A DNA stretch of 24,680 nt from Candidatus Baldrarchaeum yapensis. Its GTDB lineage: Archaea; Asgardarchaeota; Baldrarchaeia; Baldrarchaeales; Baldrarchaeaceae. Of the stretch, positions 8,210 to 16,974 are shown one piece after another; position 1 is the first letter of the stretch; each line of letters begins with the position of its first letter. The stretch lies in contig JAEOSH010000030.1 of assembly GCA_016840465.1 (NCBI GenBank), forward strand, positions 1 through 24,680, in the 5' to 3' direction. The position numbers were made by a program, and so were the translations under genes. The notes beneath the pieces were generated by a model that saw only the letters and a program-made list of their open reading frames with translations, searched no databases and had not been told where the DNA came from.

Positions 8210-8405
8210 GTCCTTGGTTTTCTTCATTTACAGACAGTAGTTTATATGAAAAATGACGGGTCGAATTGTATCAAAGCTTGTGACGGTCAGAGTTGATGGT
8301 ATACAAACATTGGAGGAGGGGTCACAAATTTATAGGAATCAGTACATTGAACTTAAGTGGTATCTTCTTCGGATGGGCAGATGCAATAAATGGAGGGTAT
8401 TTACG

Positions 8406-9104
8406 TTGGACGTCTTCGAGGCGATATACACGCGCCGATCGATCAGAGAGTTTGACAAAACAAAGAAGGTACCCGACTGGATGGTAGAGAAGATATTAGA
8501 TGCAGCAAGGTATGGCCCATCTCCGGAAAATGTACAGCCATGGCGCTTCATAGTAATCAGGGATGAGGAGAGCAAAAGATTCTTGGCAGATATGGCGCAG
8601 GAGACGAGTTCGGGAGCGTTTGGGATGACGAGATATGAAATGACATCAGACAGAATCTGGTACGTGTCTGAGGAGGCGAGAGTGGACGTTGTAGAGAGAA
8701 TGTTCGATGGTAGGCTTTTCAGATATCCTGAGGAGGCGGATGTCGTAATACTCGGATGCACCAGTGATCACTGGTATGATATGCCGACCATTCCTGCATC
8801 AATTAAGGAGATAACTGACATGGCATTTGCGATGGCGGTGCAGAACATGTGGCTTGCAGCAACCGCACTTGGACTCGGTGCAGGATGGGATAGTTTCGTG
8901 TGCATAGGTGATGAGAGAAGGCGCGAAATGGTCGCGAGGTACTTTGGCATACCCAGAAACTGGAGGCCTATAACGGCATTCTGCATAGGCTGGCCAAAGC
9001 GTGCAAGGATACTTGGTCCATCTAGGTATCCGATAGAGGCTATAGCGTTTGAAGAGTATTGGGGTCGTCCCTATTTAAGACAGGCGTTTAGAAAGAAGAG
9101 GTGA
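8406..9104 (+). CDS. Nitroreductase-family flavoprotein
   Basis: Motifs AIYTRRSIREF, PSPENVQPWRFIVI and AVQNMWLAATALGLGAGW. The start is placed at TTG 8406 after a GGAGG RBS. Confidence 0.9.
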   Translation: MDVFEAIYTRRSIREFDKTKKVPDWMVEKILDAARYGPSPENVQPWRFIVIRDEESKRFLADMAQETSSGAFGMTRYEMTSDRIWYVSEEARVDVVERMFDGRLFRYPEEADVVILGCTSDHWYDMPTIPASIKEITDMAFAMAVQNMWLAATALGLGAGWDSFVCIGDERRREMVARYFGIPRNWRPITAFCIGWPKRARILGPSRYPIEAIAFEEYWGRPYLRQAFRKKR

Positions 9105-9109
9105 TTTGC

Positions 9110-9400
9110 ATGTCTCTGTCTATAGAACTTCCAGAGGAAGTTAGAGCGAAAATAGAGGAGTTTGCTAAGAAAATAGGTATAAATGTCAGCGAATTCTGCA
9201 AGATAATCTTGGAACTATGGATAAAGCATGAAGGAAGAATAGTTCCTGGCAGGGTTAAGGGAGGTATTCAGAGAATAGCGGTGGAGTTTCCGATGGGCTT
9301 TGTCCTTCTTGAAAAGGGGCCTGAAGGTATCAAAGAAATAGAGAAGAAGGTTGGTGTATTTACTACGAGAGTTAATGAGCAAAGTTACTGGGAGGTGTAA
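9110..9400 (+). CDS. Small protein with N-terminal ribbon-helix-helix (CopG-like) domain
   Basis: SLSIELPEEVRAKIEEFAKKIGINVSEFCKIIL fits the beta-alpha-alpha RHH pattern; GAGGTG RBS. Confidence 0.7.
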   Translation: MSLSIELPEEVRAKIEEFAKKIGINVSEFCKIILELWIKHEGRIVPGRVKGGIQRIAVEFPMGFVLLEKGPEGIKEIEKKVGVFTTRVNEQSYWEV

Positions 9401-9403
9401 TTA

Positions 9404-9658
9404 ATGAGTGAGTTCCTCGGTAAGGTTGAGATAAAGGAAGAAGACCTTCCAATGTGGCTCAGAAGTAAAGATTCGGCATTCATGGGGAGCATAGTGAAGT
9501 GGTTCCTCGAAGAGATGTTAATGCGCATAGAGATAGTGCTTCCAAGGGACCTCCAGAAGAAGTTTGAAGAAAAGGTTCAGAAGATTTATGGGAAGGTAAG
9601 CGCGGCGAACATAAGAAGAGCGGCCCTTCAGGCGATAAAGGAATGGTGTGAGAAATAA
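9404..9658 (+). CDS. Small protein with C-terminal RHH-like domain
   Basis: RIEIVLPRDLQKKFEEKVQKIYG...IRRAALQAIKEW; GGAGGTG RBS; tightly linked to its neighbours. Confidence 0.62.
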   Translation: MSEFLGKVEIKEEDLPMWLRSKDSAFMGSIVKWFLEEMLMRIEIVLPRDLQKKFEEKVQKIYGKVSAANIRRAALQAIKEWCEK

Positions 9659-9673
9659 TAGGGGGAAATTGAT

Positions 9674-10039
9674 ATGTCTGCGGAGAAGATAATGGACGCG
9701 TTTAAGAGAATAATTGACGCGATTAATAAGAACGAGAAGGCAAAAGAGTTCCTGAAGAAATGGAATGAGGGCTACGTTGGCAAAATAATAAACTTTAAGA
9801 TTGGTGATAAGGCGTTCCACTTAATCTTTACGGCTGAAGAGGCTAGGTTTGAGGAGGGCGAGTATCCTGCACCGGATCTAATGATAATAACGGATCCTGA
9901 GAGTTGGACAGCGATGGCAACAATGAAAAAGAAGTGGAGCGAACTGCTTGCGGAAGGAAAATTGATGATAATAGGGAATGCTCACGAACTTGCAACGCTT
10001 ACGAGGTTAATCATGCTCACAGGAATTATGCCGATTTGA
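9674..10039 (+). CDS. SCP2 (sterol carrier protein 2)-like lipid-binding domain protein
   Basis: FHLIF...EEGEYPAPDLMIITDPESW...LAEGKLMIIGN matches the SCP2 C-terminal pattern. Confidence 0.8.
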   Translation: MSAEKIMDAFKRIIDAINKNEKAKEFLKKWNEGYVGKIINFKIGDKAFHLIFTAEEARFEEGEYPAPDLMIITDPESWTAMATMKKKWSELLAEGKLMIIGNAHELATLTRLIMLTGIMPI

Positions 10040-10058
10040 TAAATATACAGAACAATAC

Positions 10059-10070
10059 TTTTTATTTTTT
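10059..10070 (+). terminator. Candidate archaeal oligo-T terminator
   Basis: TTTTTATTTTTT about 20 bp after the SCP2 stop. Confidence 0.4.
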
Positions 10071-10088
10071 AGATCCTCACTCTTTCTG

Positions 10089-12443
10089 GTGTGGTTTTTG
10101 GGATCTCGCGCCGACATTCTCGTTTATGGTGCTGTCCAAGGAGTCGGTTTTCGTCCTTTTGTTTATAGATTAGCTATGATGCTCGGACTGAAGGGATATG
10201 TTCGGAATCTCGGAAATGGTAGTGTGAAGATAGTAGTTGAGGGTAATAAACGGGAAATAGAGAAGTTTATTCGATACTTAAGAGAGAAAAAGCCACCAGC
10301 TGCAAGATATACACGTTTTCAGGTAAAATGGGGAAATGCTACGGGGGCTTTTGATGATTTTCAAATACTGAAAAGTAAAGTCTCCGACACTTTTTCCGAA
10401 TATTCGTATATACCGCCGGACATAGCAATATGTGATGATTGCATTCGTGAACTTTTAGATCCAAGTGACAGAAGATACAACTATCCTTTAATAGCTTGTT
10501 CACATTGTGGTCCGCGGTTTACGATAATATGTGATTTTCCTTATGATAGGGATAGAACCACAATGGTAGATTTTCCGATGTGTCCTACGTGCAGGCGAGA
10601 GTATGAAGATCCGGCGAATAGGAGATTTCACGCACAGGTCATTGCCTGTCCGGCTTGCGGGCCCAAGATGACCCTGTACAATAAAGATGGAGAGGCAATC
10701 GAATGTTCAGATCCGGTGGCCGAGGCCGCACGTCTGATATTAGAGGGTTATATTGTAGCGATCAAAGGAGTTGGTGGCATTCATCTTGCGGCAAAGACAA
10801 CTGATGATGATATTGTTTTAAAACTTAGAAAAAGAAGAAGACGCCCAAGCCAGCCGTTTGCTGTAATGTCTCCTGATGTGGATGCAGTTAAAAAGTACGC
10901 TGAAGTTACACCATTAGAGGAGGAACTACTCAAGTCTTTCAGGCGTCCGATCGTTCTATTAAAGAAAAGGGAGGATTTTTGTCTTAGTGAGTGGGTATCT
11001 CCGGGTTTACATACGATAGGTGTTATGCTTCCATACACGGGCATACACATTCTGCTATTCAAACATATTAGAGAGGAACCCGCTGTTATTATGACGAGTG
11101 GAAATTATCCTGGAGAACCTATGGTAATCGACAACGATGAGGCATTCATAAGGCTTGGAAGGGTAGCGGATTACTTTCTTCTTCACAATAGGAGGATATT
11201 TCAGCGGTGTGATGATAGCGTGATAAGGGTTGTGGACAATAGTGTTCGGATAATAAGGAGATCGAGAGGGTACGTTCTTGAGCCAATAGAAATACCATTT
11301 TCATCACCTAACATTGTACTTGCGACGGGCCCGGAGTTAAGAGTCACCGGGGCCATTATTAAAGGGGCTAAGTGCTACCCAACTCAGCATATTGGTGATG
11401 TGGACAAATTAGAATCTCTGGAGTTTTTACGCAATGCACTTGTGCATTTACTTAGAGTGCTGAAAGTACCAAAAGTGAATGTTGTGGCATGTGATCTTCA
11501 TCCTCTCTTCTTGACGACACGTCTCGCCTCAGAGCTATGCGAGGAAATGAGATGTGAAGTCATAAGGGTGCAACATCATCACGCTCACATGGCATCTCTG
11601 ATGGTCGATAGTGGTGTTAATATCGATGAACATGTGGTTTGCATAACTGCAGACGGTGTTGGCTATGGTACTGATGGAAATGCGTGGGGTGGAGAGATCC
11701 TCTTGGGGGGATATGACGGGTTTGAACGAGTCGCCCACTTAGAGGAACACCTGATGCCAGGTGGGGATTTAGCAGTCAAATATCCGGCAAGGATGGCGGC
11801 TGGGATTCTTAGTAAGGTGTTGTCTAGGGAAGAGTTAATTGAGTTCTTAATGAAAAGGTGCTTGGACGGATTTGAGCGTGGTTCCCTTGAAATTCAGTTT
11901 GTGGTAAAACAAATTTATGATAGAATCAATGTTGCAAAGACGACGAGCACCGGGAGGTTCTTAGACGCAGTTGCTGCAATTTTAGGGATATGTTTTAAGA
12001 GAACATACGAGGGGGAGCCAGCAATGAAGCTTGAAGCAGTAGCTGCAAGAGCAAAGGGTTTGCCGCAAATGTGCTCAGCAAAGATTGTTGATGACGTTAT
12101 TAACTATAAGAGAAACGGGGTAGTGGAGATAAAAACCTCTACAATATTAGAGAACATCTTAGAAGGTCTTAACAAGCAGAAATCCGAGGAATTAGCATTC
12201 TTTGCACATTACGTGATAGCAAGGGCATTTGCTCGCGTGGCAGTGGAAGTTGCAAAAGAGAATGGTGTGGGGAAGGTGGGATTCACCGGTGGGGTTGCGT
12301 ATAATGAGATAATTTCTCGAATTATAAGGGAAGAGGTCGAAAAAGAGGGTCTGAAGTTTTTACCGCATAACGGGGTGCCGCCGGGGGATGCGGGAGTATC
12401 TATCGGTCAGGGGGTTATTGCAGCAGTTCTTTATAAAAAATGA
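10089..12443 (+). CDS. hypF: Hydrogenase maturation carbamoyltransferase HypF
   Basis: Acylphosphatase-like GAVQGVGFRPFVY, two CxxC zinc fingers (CDDC/CSHC, CPTC/CPAC), KGVGGIHL, QHHHAH, DGVGYG and GDAGVSIGQ. Confidence 0.97.
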   Translation: MWFLGSRADILVYGAVQGVGFRPFVYRLAMMLGLKGYVRNLGNGSVKIVVEGNKREIEKFIRYLREKKPPAARYTRFQVKWGNATGAFDDFQILKSKVSDTFSEYSYIPPDIAICDDCIRELLDPSDRRYNYPLIACSHCGPRFTIICDFPYDRDRTTMVDFPMCPTCRREYEDPANRRFHAQVIACPACGPKMTLYNKDGEAIECSDPVAEAARLILEGYIVAIKGVGGIHLAAKTTDDDIVLKLRKRRRRPSQPFAVMSPDVDAVKKYAEVTPLEEELLKSFRRPIVLLKKREDFCLSEWVSPGLHTIGVMLPYTGIHILLFKHIREEPAVIMTSGNYPGEPMVIDNDEAFIRLGRVADYFLLHNRRIFQRCDDSVIRVVDNSVRIIRRSRGYVLEPIEIPFSSPNIVLATGPELRVTGAIIKGAKCYPTQHIGDVDKLESLEFLRNALVHLLRVLKVPKVNVVACDLHPLFLTTRLASELCEEMRCEVIRVQHHHAHMASLMVDSGVNIDEHVVCITADGVGYGTDGNAWGGEILLGGYDGFERVAHLEEHLMPGGDLAVKYPARMAAGILSKVLSREELIEFLMKRCLDGFERGSLEIQFVVKQIYDRINVAKTTSTGRFLDAVAAILGICFKRTYEGEPAMKLEAVAARAKGLPQMCSAKIVDDVINYKRNGVVEIKTSTILENILEGLNKQKSEELAFFAHYVIARAFARVAVEVAKENGVGKVGFTGGVAYNEIISRIIREEVEKEGLKFLPHNGVPPGDAGVSIGQGVIAAVLYKK

Positions 12444-12487
12444 TAGCAAACTTGTTTCTAATGTAGCAAGTAGCAAGTACTTCTCGA

Positions 12488-13840
12488 TCACTTCTTCAGG
12501 TACTCTTTTTCAATCGTTGCTATGTTTCTTTCCAGAATTTCGAGGGCGATATCAACCAAATCTCTATCTATGATTAACGGTGGGCAAATTCTTATTGTTG
12601 ACACTCCGGCAGTTATTATGGCCAATCCCTGCTTCCAGCATCTTATCATAACTTCTTCTGCCTCCTTCTTTGCGGGGGTCTTTTTTCTGCGGTCGCGAAC
12701 CAATTCTACTCCTATCATGAGGCCTTTGCCTCTAACGTCTCCGATGATCTCGTATTTATCCTGCATTTCTCTCAACCGGGCCATTATGTAAGTACCTTGC
12801 TTTTCAGCGTTTTCCAGCAGGTTCTCCTCCTCTATGACGTTAATCACCTCGATGGCAGCCGCACATGCAACAGGATTTCCACCAAAGGTTGTGGCATGTG
12901 CACCTCTTTCCCAATCCATAACCTCAGCTCTGGCAACAGTTGCACCAAGGGGGAGCCCTGAAGCAAGTGCCTTTGCTATACATATAACATCAGGCACAAC
13001 ATCCCAATGTTCAATGGCAAACCAGCGTCCAGTTCTTCCCATACCGCTCTGGACTTCATCCGCGACGAGCAAGATGTCATACTTGTCTGCAAGCTTTTTC
13101 AGTCGTTGGAAGAACTCAGGAGGCGGCACAACATATCCTCCCTCCCCGAGTATTGGTTCGAAGAAGAACGCCGCGACCTCTTCGGGTGGCACGTACTTTC
13201 CTAGCACCCACTCCTCTATGTAATCTATACACCAATAGTCACAATCCGGGAATTCCTGCTTGAAAGCACATCGGTAGCAGTAAGGATACGGCACATGAGT
13301 TACTCCAGGCACTAACGGGAAGAAATACCTTCTTTGTACGGGTTTACTCGCCGTTAATGAAAGTGCTCCATAGGTACGACCGTGAAATGCTCCTATGAAC
13401 GCAATAATGCGGGGCCTTCTTGTATGCCATCTTACTAATTTTATTGCTGCCTCCACACTCTCAGCACCGCTGTTTCCGAAGTATACGCGCTTTTCGAAGT
13501 CCCCAGGGGTTATCTGAGTTAGTTTTTCCGCTAACGTAATCGACACTTCATAGTAAAAGTCGGTGTTTGAGTAGTGGAGAAGCTTTTCCGCTTGGCGTTT
13601 TATGGCCTCAACGACCCGAGGATGGCAGTGACCCACCGCCAAGACGGCAAGACCGCTGTTAAAGTCTATATATACGTTTCCATCAACATCCTTTATCAGG
13701 CAACCTCTACCCTCTTCTACAACGAGGGGATACCATCGGACGTAGGAAGGGGACAGGAACTTCTCGTCTTTCAAGAGCAACTCTCTTGCGCGTTTGCCCG
13801 GTGGTGTCACTATAATCTTAGGCACTTTCTCCTCCATCAT
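12488..13840 (-). CDS. Class III PLP aminotransferase (4-aminobutyrate/acetylornithine aminotransferase-like)
   Basis: NSGAESVEAAIK, FHGRT, EPILGEGG, DEVQSGMGRTG, PLP lysine in IAKALASG, and TTFGGNP. The substrate cannot be determined by eye. Confidence 0.9.
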   Translation of the reverse strand: MMEEKVPKIIVTPPGKRARELLLKDEKFLSPSYVRWYPLVVEEGRGCLIKDVDGNVYIDFNSGLAVLAVGHCHPRVVEAIKRQAEKLLHYSNTDFYYEVSITLAEKLTQITPGDFEKRVYFGNSGAESVEAAIKLVRWHTRRPRIIAFIGAFHGRTYGALSLTASKPVQRRYFFPLVPGVTHVPYPYCYRCAFKQEFPDCDYWCIDYIEEWVLGKYVPPEEVAAFFFEPILGEGGYVVPPPEFFQRLKKLADKYDILLVADEVQSGMGRTGRWFAIEHWDVVPDVICIAKALASGLPLGATVARAEVMDWERGAHATTFGGNPVACAAAIEVINVIEEENLLENAEKQGTYIMARLREMQDKYEIIGDVRGKGLMIGVELVRDRRKKTPAKKEAEEVMIRCWKQGLAIITAGVSTIRICPPLIIDRDLVDIALEILERNIATIEKEYLKK

Positions 13841-13996
13841 GATTCCCAACTCTCAGTATTTGAACAATTGAACCTTCGCTGCCATTTGATATTAATATGA
13901 TGGTTGCGCTCATCGTAATTTGCCATTACGTTTATAGGCGGATACATAATTAGCAGGTTTGAAGTCTAAGGGTGCTAAATTTGAGGTGAAACGAAA

Positions 13997-14494
13997 ATGG
14001 GTGTTGAGGGTTTAAAAATCGAAGTGGTGACTGTGGAAAAGCCAGAGGACGTTAATGTAATCATCGGTCAGTCTCATTTCATAAAGACCGTTGAGGACCT
14101 TTACGAGGCTCTTGCGGAGTCAGCGCCAAATATAAAGTTCGGGATAGCTTTTTGTGAATCTTCCGGTCCATGCTTAGTGCGAGTTGAAGGAAATGATGAG
14201 GAACTGAAGGAGTATGCGGCGAAAAATGCATTTAAAATTGCGGCTGGGCATTGTTTTATAATAATGATAAGGAACGCATACCCCATAAACGTCTTAAATA
14301 GAATAAAGCAAGTATCGGAAGTCTGTAGAATATTTTGTGCAACTGCAAATCCATTGCAAATAATAGTTGCGGAAACTGGTCAGGGGCGCGGGATTTTAGG
14401 AGTTATAGATGGCTATCGGTCGAAAGGTATCGAAAAGGAGGAAGATGTGAAGGAGAGGAAGGAGTTCTTGAGGAAGATAGGTTATAAACTTTAA
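13997..14494 (+). CDS. DUF355 / adenosine-specific kinase family protein
   Basis: [27 protein letters not shown] and [10 protein letters not shown] are family-typical motifs. Confidence 0.88.
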   Translation: MGVEGLKIEVVTVEKPEDVNVIIGQSHFIKTVEDLYEALAESAPNIKFGIAFCESSGPCLVRVEGNDEELKEYAAKNAFKIAAGHCFIIMIRNAYPINVLNRIKQVSEVCRIFCATANPLQIIVAETGQGRGILGVIDGYRSKGIEKEEDVKERKEFLRKIGYKL

Positions 14495-14528
14495 TAACGA
14501 TGAAGTGTAGAGATAACATGGTAACTAT

Positions 14529-14586
14529 GTGATGAGTCTAGCCCCAACTGAAGGCTCAAGCCGATGATGAGGATCTTGAGTGCTGA
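14529..14586 (+). ncRNA. Box C/D methylation-guide sRNA (double guide) targeting pre-tRNA-Leu
   Basis: C box GTGATGA 14529-35; guide GTCTAGCCCCAA; D' CTGA 14548-51; K-loop hairpin GGC-TCAA-GCC; C' ATGATGA 14564-70; guide GGATCTTGAGTG; D CTGA 14583-86. Both 12-nt guides are complementary to the tRNA-Leu gene at 24506-24610. Confidence 0.93.
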
Positions 14587-14890
14587 TAAGACGTAATGTT
14601 ACATATTGGAAATTATCGTTTATATCGATTTTCTACATGCTCTATTTTTGACGAACTACTTATTCAAGTCTTATTCTCCTTTCCTAACGATTTAATTGAA
14701 AATTCGATGATGGTTAACAAAAACTTGAAGCATATAAAAGATTGGAAAGAATGCACGATAATGGGCCAAAGAAGTATCATCAATATGACCCTTTAGGAAA
14801 TTAGAGCAAATAGGATCAGTCAAATGGCCGAAAATCTTTATATATCGCTGTTTATGGAAATCTGCTTGGAAATACAAAAGTACGGGGTGT

Positions 14891-15676
14891 ATGGGCATTC
14901 GACTTCCAATGGAAATTAAACGACCAACTCTAGGTATCTATATGACCTTAGGGTACCCTGATGTTTCCAAATTTTCCGAGATTCTTGAAAATCTTGCTCC
15001 TTATGTGGGCTTCTATGAGATAGGGATACCAACGAGAAACCCGAAATACGATGGTCCGACAATACGTACAACTCATTACCATATGGTAAGAAGTGGAATC
15101 ACAGGATTGGAGGCGCTAAAACTTTTAGATAAGATCGAGATCATCAAGCCATTCACGATAATGGCCTATTTAAGCGAATTTATTGCTCAATTACGCCTTT
15201 TCTTAGAGGAAGCGGCAGCAGTGGGTGCACTCTGTGTGCTTTTTCCAGATTTGGCGTTCGAATATCCCGAGATGATTGACAAGTATATTGAGGAATCTGA
15301 AAGAGTCGGATTACGCACGTGCTTTTTTGCCTCCAGTAGATTTCCTCACCAGTGGCTCAGACTTTATGCTGCACTAAATCCTCTGTACATATATCTTGGA
15401 CTTCAACCGGCAACGGGCATTAAGTTACCAATATTCGTCGAGAAAAATGTTCGAATTGCCCGATTATTGATTGGAGATCGATATTTAGTCGTAGGATTTG
15501 CTATACGAACACCGGAGGTCGCATTATCGTTGATCAAGAATGGTGCGGATGCAATTGTCATCGGTTCCGCAATTATCGAACGTATTATTAATAACGATGT
15601 CAAAGGTGCCGTCGAACTTGCTCACAAAATACACGCCTCGATAAACATCAAAAATCATCCAACTGGATGCAGGTGA
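14891..15676 (+). CDS. trpA: Tryptophan synthase alpha subunit
   Basis: YMTLGYP, catalytic YEIGIP and YDGPTI, VVGFAI and DAIVIGSA; BRE/TATA (CGAAAA-TCTTTATATAT) at about 14830-14846. Confidence 0.9.
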   Translation: MGIRLPMEIKRPTLGIYMTLGYPDVSKFSEILENLAPYVGFYEIGIPTRNPKYDGPTIRTTHYHMVRSGITGLEALKLLDKIEIIKPFTIMAYLSEFIAQLRLFLEEAAAVGALCVLFPDLAFEYPEMIDKYIEESERVGLRTCFFASSRFPHQWLRLYAALNPLYIYLGLQPATGIKLPIFVEKNVRIARLLIGDRYLVVGFAIRTPEVALSLIKNGADAIVIGSAIIERIINNDVKGAVELAHKIHASINIKNHPTGCR

Positions 15677-15681
15677 TCGCA

Positions 15682-16974
15682 ATGACCTATTTACCGAGCT
15701 ATTGGTATAACATTGTTGCGGATCTCCCCGTGCCATTACCCCCCTTACTTGATCCACCTGAGTACGAATCCTCTAGGATTGCGCAACTAACAAAGATATT
15801 ACCATCACGAATCATCGACGAAGAGTATACATTGAATCGGTTAATAAGAATACCGGAGGAAGTTCGGGCAGTATATCGAAAAATAGGACGTCCAACTCCA
15901 CTTATACGAGCTGAAGGTTTTGAAAAAGCATTAGGGGTTCATAGAGTGGTCACGATTTATTATAAGTACGAAGGTGCACTTTTAGCGGGCAGTCATAAAC
16001 TGAATACTGCCGTGCCTCAAGTTTATTATGCTAAAACCGATGGAGCCAGTGAGGTCGTAACAGAGACTGGTGCAGGGCAATGGGGACTTGCAGTATCGAT
16101 GGCCGCAGCAATGTTAGGAGTTAAGGCGGCCATTTTCATGACAAGAAGTAGTTATTTAAGTAAGGTGTCACGCCGAATTGCGATGGAAGCTCTTGGGGCT
16201 AAGGTTATACCAAGTCCGAGCAGACGGACCAAAACGGGTAAGAATGCCCTCTACAGAAATGCGCATCATCCAGGTACCTTGGGGTTAGCAATAACCGAGG
16301 CAGTGGAGTACGTCCTCGCATCACCTTATCGGCGTTATGTGGCCGGATCGGTACTTGAGAGCGTTATAACTCATCAAACAGTAATAGGTCAGGAAGTTTT
16401 GCATCAAATGCCGGAAGAACCAGATTATATGGTGGCATGCGTTGGCGGCGGTAGCAATATGGCGGGATTCACGTATCCTGCCATCGGCATGAAACTTCGT
16501 GGTGAAGGGTTTGAGAAGACAAAATTTATTGCCGCAGAATCTGCAGCAGCCCCACGATTAAGCAGAGGGGAATATCGGTATGACGGGCTTGACACGGGTC
16601 TAGTTCTTCCTTTGGCGAAAATGTATACGTTAGGTAGGGAATATGTTCCTCCACCAATCCATGCTGCGGGTCTTCGGTACCATGGCGCATCCTCAAGCTT
16701 ATCGCTTCTTCGAAAGTTAGGATATATCAAGGCGGTAGCTTACGAGCAAGAGGAGGTTTTACGAGCGGCTATATTGTTCGCGAGGAGTGAGGGCATAATA
16801 CCGGCACCTGAAAGTGCACATGCTATTAAAGCCGTCATAGATATCTCCCACAAAGCACCTAAGGGAAGTGTAATAATTTTCAATTTGAGCGGTCACGGTC
16901 TCTTAGACACCGATGCTTATGAGTCGATATGTAATGAACTTGTTACTGGTGAAATTTCTGTTTTTAATGATTAA
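15682..16974 (+). CDS. trpB: Tryptophan synthase beta subunit, type 2 (TrpB2)
   Basis: TrpB2-type N-terminus YWYNIVADLP, GSHKLNTA (PLP lysine), ETGAGQWG, CVGGGSN, PAPESAHA and NLSGHG. Confidence 0.95.
   Translation: MTYLPSYWYNIVADLPVPLPPLLDPPEYESSRIAQLTKILPSRIIDEEYTLNRLIRIPEEVRAVYRKIGRPTPLIRAEGFEKALGVHRVVTIYYKYEGALLAGSHKLNTAVPQVYYAKTDGASEVVTETGAGQWGLAVSMAAAMLGVKAAIFMTRSSYLSKVSRRIAMEALGAKVIPSPSRRTKTGKNALYRNAHHPGTLGLAITEAVEYVLASPYRRYVAGSVLESVITHQTVIGQEVLHQMPEEPDYMVACVGGGSNMAGFTYPAIGMKLRGEGFEKTKFIAAESAAAPRLSRGEYRYDGLDTGLVLPLAKMYTLGREYVPPPIHAAGLRYHGASSSLSLLRKLGYIKAVAYEQEEVLRAAILFARSEGIIPAPESAHAIKAVIDISHKAPKGSVIIFNLSGHGLLDTDAYESICNELVTGEISVFND

Noticed and set aside
6493-8250. CRISPR array suggested by the Cas2-like ORF and local repeats
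   Set aside because: There are no regularly spaced 24-47 bp repeats with unique spacers and no cas1.
8253-8405. N-terminal extension of the nitroreductase ORF and the 8293-8487 ORF
   Set aside because: Family similarity starts at LDVFEAI, with a GGAGG RBS before TTG 8406 and a TATA-like TTTATAGG at ~8329.
10089-12443. hypF with no neighbouring hydrogenase genes
   Set aside because: Scattered hyp genes are common in archaea.
14596-14890. trp attenuator or leader peptide
   Set aside because: The ORF at 14596-14796 has a single Trp and lies upstream of the likely TATA (~14838); no terminator/antiterminator pair is evident.
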